A stretch of 64,000 nucleotides of DNA from Lama guanicoe (Eukaryota). The notes under the pieces are model-generated. The model ran no database searches. It was not told where the DNA came from and saw only the letters and a program-made list of their open reading frames with translations. Where the stretch lies: positions 1,054,001 through 1,118,000 of the forward strand of contig MU056187.1 in the NCBI GenBank assembly GCA_013239625.1. The letters are read 5' to 3'. Below, one piece after another: positions 55,703 through 64,000 of the stretch (positions within the stretch are counted from its first letter, which is position 1; the number at the start of each line of letters is the position of its first letter). Position numbers and translations under genes: made by a program.

Positions 55703-58700
55703 TTAAAGACTCATCAATCAGTAGGAAGGAAAGAGGCCCCAACTTTGAGGGCCAGGGCATGGAGTCCAGAGTCAACCAGGAGCTGGAAGAGGCTGCAGAA
55801 GGTATGAAGTTCATGGGGAAGTGGATACAATAATCAAGTTTTCACATCTAAGAGTTTTTAGGGGACACTGCTTGTGTGTTAGACAGGATTATTTACAAAT
55901 CCCAAATTATGTCATTTTCATTAAAATTGTATTTGTGACTCATGAAGCATCCACCCAAGTAATTCCATTTGGTAAGCAGGGGCCTGGCAGGAAGCAGTAG
56001 GAAGGCCAGGCTGCCCACCCTTGAATGGCCCATGCAATACACTACTGAGCACTCAGGGACAAACCTCACACTTACGAAGAACATTTTTTCGGTAATTTAA
56101 ATAATGCGTGTTTGCTAATTAAAGAAATACCACAAGGTAACTGCTGATAACATAAAAACAAATCCATACTCAACCTACTGTTTTATTAACCAGCTTTCCA
56201 AAGCTTATTTATAAAAGCACAGAGAGGCACCTGTGATCCACCAGGACGGGGCGACACAGGAGACCCCCGATCAGTGCCTTATATGTATCCTGTTCAGTTA
56301 CTTACAGGAGAGCCACAGGGCAGCGGGTACATGTTTTTTACTGTCAAACTGTCCCCTAACCCGGAAACACATTAACCCACTCATTACTCAGAGTGCCAAG
56401 AGTTTCCACACTCTATTCATAAGAAGAAACATCTGCTCAAAAGTGTACCGACCATTTGCACCTTTTGTGCGCTATGCTTCTGACACCTTTCTACTGGCAA
56501 GAAAAAGGAATGAGTCTGCGGAGGAAAAAAGACTTTGTAAGCTAGGAGCTGCCTGCATCTAATGGGTGACTCCAGTAATAAACCTAGGAGTTCAGTCAGG
56601 GTAAGAAAACCTCTCTAGCTGAGGAAGTCAGGCAAGGTTTTAGGAAAAGAGAGCAGAGCAGATTTTTAGGATCACAGGACTCTGGTGGGTAGAGGGGTCA
56701 AGCTGGCTGGCTATGTCACAGCTTTTGCTCTGGAATACACTTAACAGATACTAGTTATTCTACCTGCTGTTGAATTACTATATAATTCAGTCCAAGTGTA
56801 ATTTAAAACAAGGTTCTCGCAATGGTTTTTGTAAATGCAGTTCTGGCAAATTACCAAATTTTAAAGGCACGAGAAAGGAACTCACTGTGTGAAAAGCAAC
56901 TCACTCAAGTAAAAGCAACTTAGTCCATCATGGCAGGGCTGTAAAGAGCTAGACCTCAGCCCAAGGCCAGATAAAATCAGCATGGCCAGGGAGACTGCTT
57001 TCCTTCCAGGGTGCTGACTGCAGGTCTAGCTATCAACTGCTTAGAGAACACACGTAGAGCGTGCTGCTCTAAGGAGAAGGCTGTGGCAGGGAGGGGACCT
57101 GTGTGGGAGCAGCCCATGGCCACTGAGTGTAAGACTCCGGATCTTACAGATCTGAGAAATGAATCCTTTGCTTTAAGAGGAAAGACTGCTCTCTAACCCT
57201 TTTCAAAGAGATAAGTGATTTAAGAGTGCCTTTTGCCTATTCAGAAATGAGATGCCAATCACTCAAAAAATAATGAATAATTCATTAATCCTTTAGCTCA
57301 GAGAAAAGGGCGATACTGTCCAATGCTGGAGGGAAGGAATGTTACAGCAATGTGAATTAGGTGTCTAGAGGTGGTCTTGCATCTGATGCTAAACTTAAGT
57401 ATTTAATGATGTCCAAATGCATCCAAGATGCCAGCAAAAAATTCAGTTTGCACCCTCTCAGGGTAACTCTCAAGACTTTAGAGGCAAGGGACAGCTCCTA
57501 CGGAAACCTCTAAGTTCTCTACATGGAGAACATCTGCCCAGGAAGAACACTCACAGGAAGGGGGCTTTTGTGGGTGCAAAGCCAATTCTTAGCACCTCTC
57601 TTGCACACACGGTGCTAGAGATGGGGAAGGGGCACCCAGAGATAAAACTAGACAGGTATCTGACATGAGAGTGTGTTGGGGACTGGAGGTGGGGACTGGC
57701 TGGCCAGCAGCCAGTGAAAGCATTCCCCAAGCCAAGACAGCAGTGTGCCTGGGGTTCAGTACTAAGAAGGGGCACTTCCCTGAAGCAACTTAATTTGACA
57801 GTGGACATCATGAAACTTTGCAACAACACAACCTTGCAGGAGCACTGTGGACTACGATAGTTTTCAAAGGCAGGCATGACTGGGTAGGCTTGCTTCAGGC
57901 TCTGGGGATACAATGCACTTCCCTTTACCATCAGGGATATTTCTGGTACAAGTTTGGCCAGAACTAAGGGCCATGTTGTCCTGGAAATAAGTGCCATGCA
58001 ATGAATCAAGGAGGGAGGGTGCGCTTGGAGGTCTACTGGTGGGGGGTACCTAAAGTGTACCTGGCTGGGAACTTGGAAAGGATGGGGTGTACCCTGGAGC
58101 CCAGACTTGAGTAAACGCATCTCAGTGAAAGCAGGAAGGAGGTCACATACAGATTCAGGGTGGGGAGCATCCAAAGGCTGGGGTAAGGTGAAAGAGCCTG
58201 CTCAGAGGGAAGAGAGAACAAGGGGCTAGGGTGAATCACCTGACACTGAGTGTGACTGGGGTGGGGGGGATTCTGGCCGAGAGTATGTCACTGCTGACCT
58301 AAGGTGAAGCAGGGTATGGAGGGCAGCGTGAGAAGGCAGCACACTGGAAGCTGCATTCGACTGTGCATGGAGTCTTGCAGACAAAAAGCATGCCTTCACT
58401 CCTGAAGTGAATGGCAGGAAAGAGGAAAAAGATTCCTCCAAGTTCTGAGGTTTAGTTGATAAACAGTGGGGACCTCAATCTCAGAGAAGTAGGGTCCACA
58501 GCCACCTGCAGAGAGACACGCCAGGGCTCGGGGATGGGGCCATGGAAAGGTTCACAGAGCCATGTCCCCAAAGCCACCAGGAGAGCACAAACTGGCTTTA
58601 GATAGATGGCATTTAATCATTTAGTGCACATTCCCTTCTTTTCATTTCCTTTTATTCTCATTCCAGTATTGACAGGTAATCCCTGTTTGTGCTAGTGTGA

Positions 58701-59049
58701 AAGGCTGTGCTGAGGGATGACAGCAGACAATACTATTATCTAGATGGAATTTAACAATATTGTTTTGTTCTCATGGTCTTTAAAAAACTCTGATGTCAAT
58801 GTTACTTCTGATTTGGTATCCTTTCAAAATAAAGCTGCTATAAGCAAAACAGTAAACTGGTAAAAACAAAAACAAACAGTTAAGGATATCACGATAGAAC
58901 AGGACAAGGATAAAGTAAGGAGTGGTGAGGGCAGCCAGCTAAGACTAACTCCAGGTTCCAGGTGGGGAAGCCAGTGGGCTAGAATTTGCAGAAAATTGTT
59001 GGAAGAGGGAGAGAGGATGGAGAGGCACTCACAGGATGGCAGGAACTAT

Positions 59050-60200
59050 ACAGTGCTCCCTCACAAACCCTCCATAGGTTAAGTGGATGGGGTAATCATT
59101 TACGGGGCAACTAAAGAAACTGCGGTTGGAAACCAGTAAGACACAAGGGGAGACAGAAAGATGAATGGCACAGGCAACATGCCAGCTAGCCAAGAGCCTG
59201 TGGTTTGGTGGTCATGAGCTAGATACAGAGAGATACAGGACATGCTGAGTGCTTGGATACAGGTATTCACAGAGAGGCAGCACAACAGAGAAAGAAATAT
59301 GTCAGTCGGGTTTAAGGATGCCTGGAGTTGGCTGGAAGAGGGTTTCCATGCATCAGGACCAGCAAGAACAAAGGAGCAAAAGAGGATGAATGTAACTGTG
59401 GCCCCATCATGAAGGGAGGCTTAGACGCACTGGAGAAGTGACCCTGGGAGTGAGGGTGGCATTTAGTGAAGATGAAGAATGATCTGCAGTTTGGTTTCTA
59501 CTATTAAATACCTCCTACAAAGAAGCTTAGGAATTACACAGCTAAGCACGTGCCGGGTAAGCTGTGGCAGGCAAGGAGCAGGAGCAGCCCCACTTCTAAG
59601 GAGATGTGCTGGCCCGAGGGCAGTGAAGCTCTGTCAGCCACAAGGACACAGGCTGCCAGAGGGCTGAAACAAGCACCTCCCACCAGGAGGAAGAAGCTCC
59701 ATAAATTTTCCATTAAGTAACGATGTGCTGGAAATCTTTAAGCAGTGTCTCCAAGGCAAGATGAAGTCAAGGCAACTGAGATCTGGAACTTCTGGGCTGT
59801 GTGCCTCTTCTCCTTCCAAATGGACTCTCGGCAAAGCCAAGGATGGAGGGCTCTAGACACAACTACTTTCCTTCACCTTCAAACCACGCCCACATGGGCC
59901 CTTGAGCCAAGGAAGCTGAATTTTCTGCTCAAAAAATGAACAGAGCTTTTTCTACAGAAAATGTGACACTCTAACTTTGTCTCATCTCTGCTTTAAACCA
60001 CTACCTCCACCACAGAAGCCAAAACACCCTTTCCAGCCAGAACACCCAACCACCTCCCATCTGACACACAGTGGCATTTAATCTTGACAACTCAGACTGG
60101 TTCTAGCCTCATCCCCATTTTAAAGATAAGAAAATCGAGGCATAGAAACGTAACTGACCCAGGAAGTAGAAAGATCAGGCCTATCCAGTTACTGTGGCCC
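59050..60200 (-). mobile_element. MIR fragments in BRD4 intron 1 (about 59050-59230 and 60060-60200)
   Basis: 'ccccattttaaagataagaaaatcgaggcataga' resembles the reverse MIR core. Confidence 0.45.
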
Positions 60201-62449
60201 ATAATCTGGCACAATTCCTGGAAAGTTTCAGTTGGCTTTTGAGTCAAAGTCCCCATCTGTGAGCTGAATATGCACCTCTAAGAGAGTCCAATGCAAACAG
60301 CTGGGAGAGGCTGGCCCATTTTAAGTAATACGAAAAACCAACCACAAAACCCACACCCTTGTAACAACTGAGGTCAATTCATAAGGAAAGAAAATGCTGG
60401 AGGCTGCCAGCCCAAATGTAAAGAAATGATGAGTCTGACAGATGAGATGGATCCACAAGTACCTCAAAGTTTCTTTTATGAAGCTCTGAGGACAACTGAA
60501 GACAGGTGACATCCATGGCCCCAATGTATGGGATCACCACATATGACAACTAAGCCATGAGGATCATCACAGGATGCCTGGGATTCCTGTACTATATTCA
60601 CTTGGGGGCCTGGGCAGCACTCATACCTCAAGAAACCACACCCAGGATAGTCTGCAGCTTGCAGATCAGCTGTTTGAGGACTGCAGACAAGTAAACTCCT
60701 CAAAAACTTTAAAAAGCCATTCATTCATGCTGAAGCAAAGAACACTAGGGAAGACAACAAGAGTCTCTAGTCTGTTGTGGGCCAAGGAAGCGAGGCACTG
60801 GTGAACAGCTCCCTGCGACAGCCAGGATGACTTTTGTAAGGCACAGGTCCAACTGTGTTGCGACATTGGGTAAATCCTTCCCAGTAGTCTCCCCTACCGT
60901 GTACTGTCCCAGTCCCTAGCATCAACACTCCAAACAACATGGTAGCCACAATGGGCCCCTTCCCTATCAGCTTCATGCCTTTTATCTGCTGTACCTGGTG
61001 CTTCCCTGATCTCTGTCTAGTGGCTTCAATGGTCAGCACACACACCTGGAAGCCCAAGGGCAGGGCCATCTTTACTTCACTCTTGTCCTCTGAATACACA
61101 GCAGGTGCTTAGTGAATGACTCAGGTAAAGTAGTCACCCTACAGTGACCACACGGTTGTCACCCTAGGTCTTCTAAGCCCAATTCAGAGCTCTGGAAAAG
61201 GAAACCAGCTTGCACTCTCACACAGAAAATTTGACTGTTACACTCTCACTTAATCAGCTAACGTGTCCTGTCTGAGCTACATGCCAGGGCTGGGGACTCT
61301 GCAGTCAACATGATGTTCTTCGGGTGATTAAGCAATACTTGGATGAGTATTGTGAAAAAGAATGGTAGGGCCACTGTGATCACGGACAAGGAGGGTGTGC
61401 ACTCCTGTGGTGGGTGAGGCAGAGAGGGACAAGGCTTATGACGGACAGGAGAAGGAAAAACTGACGCAGTAATACAGGCACAGGTATGGAGGCAGGAGAG
61501 ATACCAGGGCCTGTGAAGAGCTGAAAGGAGAACAGGCGGGGTGGCACAGTGTAGGGACCATGTGACCACGCTGGGTTTTATCCTTCACAAGTCCCTGACT
61601 GTAGGGCAGGAGCAAGGGGGTGGGGGTGGGGCTGTGGGAGCCCTTAGATGGAGCACTGAGGTTGGATTCCAGGATCATCGGGAGGTAGAGACAAGAATCG
61701 CATTCCTGCCTGGAATATAGTTTCATCCTCAACTATACCTGCACAATGCAGCATAGTGTTTACAGATGCAAAAGATGGGGAACCAAAGAATGGGTGAATG
61801 GAGACAGGGTAAATCAGTGAGGGTGCCTATAAGATTGCTCTGTGTGCTCTGAGTCCTGCAGAAAATCAATGGCTCTCAGCACCATGGCTCAATAGGGAGA
61901 GGAGGCTAAAAACTCCAACTTATAAATCTATATGTAGATACTAGGAGGAATTTATTACTTAGATTCTCATGACAGTGTAGACACCAACTTCAACCAATTC
62001 AATCAAAATTTTACATCTAAAAGATCCAAAAATGCTATTCCCTTTATTTTCACACTTACCTGTGGCCAAGAGGTGGGAGCCACCAATTACTGTATTCAGT
62101 TAGTTGAAGGTCAAGGGACAGGAAGAGAATTTGACGTATCGTATCCAAGCAAAAGAAAGCTGCATGACCCAACCAGGTGCCCAATTTCTGGATCTACTCT
62201 CAACAGATAGCTTACGACGTTATTTCCAGTTTACAGGAATAAGAAGAAATAGATGAAGAGAAATTAGTGCCCTGATTCCCCAACGGGATGCTGAGGCACC
62301 CTAGGGAGTCACAGTAACTCAGAGAGGCACTGTGAGAACTATAAGCTCAAGGTAATTGATAATTTCAATGTTAGACTGCACTGTATTCCTTTCGACGTCA
62401 TATCTTGCAACACCTGTGTTTAGCAGTTGTGATAAATAGCAAACATGGT

Positions 62450-62792
62450 TAGTTGGCCCTTGGTATCTGCAGATTCAATCAACAGCTGATCAAAAATGTT
62501 GGGGGGGGGGTTCCCGAAAGTTCCAAAAAGCAAAACTTCAATTTGCTGTGCACTGACAACTACACAGAATTTACGCTGTGTTTACAAGTATTTACATAGC
62601 ATTTACACTGTATTAGGTATAAGTAACCTAGAGATGATTTAAAATGTATGAGAGGACAGAGGACATGCAACAGGTTATATGCAAACACTATGCCATTTTA
62701 TATAAGGGACTCGAGTATCTGTGGTTTTGAGTGTCTGGTGGCAGGTGTATATGTCCCCGAAATAATCCCTTGAGAATACCAAGGGATGACTG
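62450..62792 (-). mobile_element. MER2/MER2B-like TcMar-Tigger DNA transposon
   Basis: Imperfect TIRs 'agttggcccttggtatc' / 'gaataccaagggatgactg' plus TA; internal 'ggttatatgcaaacactatgccattttatataagggactcgag'. Confidence 0.8.
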
Positions 62793-64000
62793 TACCATGT
62801 AAAAATCAACGTGGGACACAGAAAATGTGGGCAGTGGGTGTCTGATCTGGTTCTAACGTTTGAAGAGTTGTGCAGTACCCAACTGGCACACATTCCATTA
62901 GGAACTGGCTGTAGTTATGCAAGGATGTAATATTTCTTCCTTTCAATTTATGTCTTTTATTTTTTTCAAACAGCTATATACAGTTGTTAGGACATTAGTA
63001 CATATTCATTTGTTTATATCTAACTACCTAATGAAATTGTTAAGTATTTCCTTTGGCCTAAGATCATGATGAAAAAATTGAGATGCTAAGGGCACTATGA
63101 ACCAAGAAAGTTTGGGAACCGAAGGGCTAATGAAAATAAAAATGTAAATTCTTTCCCTATGTTTATAAACCCTTGATTAAGCATTCCTGCTTTCAAGGAT
63201 GTTCTTTCCTATCATTCCAACTCATCTAAGTGATTTGAGAAAATTTTAAGGACAGATAGTATTTAGCAGACAACACAACTGTAACATTTTTCAAACTTCA
63301 ACAGTATTTTCTTTTCTGGAGATTAGGAGTTGAGACAGAGAGAGAAAGATAATGGGCAGGTTTGGGTCTGGGCTTTGGAAGGCAAGAGAGGTAAAGAGAA
63401 AGACTGATCCCTGGAGATTAAGTTCAAGTTCTGTCCATTGTGAGAGGGTGACCAGCTATACATTGTACCTATAGTTCCACCTTAAGTCTTGGTCTCCCAG
63501 AGAGCCCACGAAGCCCAGAGACCACAGCTTGACTCTCTTCTCCTCCCTAAAGTGACACAGCATGTAGGCAGCAAGATGGAAGGGAAGGCAGGAGCAGTGC
63601 AGGTTAACTGGAAGGCTTCATGAACTCTTTTGTGAAATACAGAAACCACACTTGGCAGAACTTTATGCGAGCTACCAAAACACACATCTGCACTAGGGCC
63701 TAGGAAAGCTCGCCAGTAGGGACCAGCCGCTTCCTGGGCTGATGCCCCGTACTTGACACTTGACCTGTATTTACTTATTTAATCTTCAAAGCAAGCCTAC
63801 AAGGCAGGTGGTGGCATCATTACCTTCATCTTCATTCTCTTGGCAACAAAGAGTGGGTGGTGGTCAGCCGGAGGTCACCCAGGGTTGTGTGTCCCTTGAG
63901 TGCCTGTGCTCACCAAGCCCAGGGGCAGAGGCCCAGTCAACCAGCATTGGTGGGCCAGGAGGGTCTGTGGTTTGGCAGAGAGCACCCCCACCCCACATCT

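Noticed and set aside
57551-58174. 207-aa ORF in BRD4 intron 1
   Set aside because: No recognisable homology, poly(A) or TSD of a retrocopy; likely chance or decayed repeat.

Overview
This is mammalian genomic DNA, probably a camelid, judging from two Vic-1-like tRNA-derived SINEs. It covers the conserved NOTCH3-EPHX3-BRD4 block, with all three genes on the minus strand. The window holds NOTCH3 exons 1-2 with promoter and intron-2 CpG island, the complete 7-exon EPHX3 CDS (1083 nt, 360 aa, intact), and BRD4 from intron 1 through the coding exons. It also holds the BRD4 short-isoform terminal exon and the long-isoform 3' UTR. Eleven N-runs fall only on exons or UTR blocks and appear to be length-preserving masks; they hide the NOTCH3 ATG, BRD4 exon 3, the exon 20 CDS and the BRD4-S 'GPA' exon start. 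I see no new protein-coding gene. The best leads are: (1) an orphan CpG-rich element between NOTCH3 and EPHX3 with four RFX X-boxes plus NF-Y boxes; (2) the apparent orthologue of the human BRD4 isoform-B exon, frameshifted so it would encode a different ~85-aa tail; (3) a templated micro-insertion in EPHX3 intron 2; (4) the CSL/ZEB motif layout in NOTCH3 introns; (5) BRD4 uORFs. All human comparisons are from memory, not from a database search.
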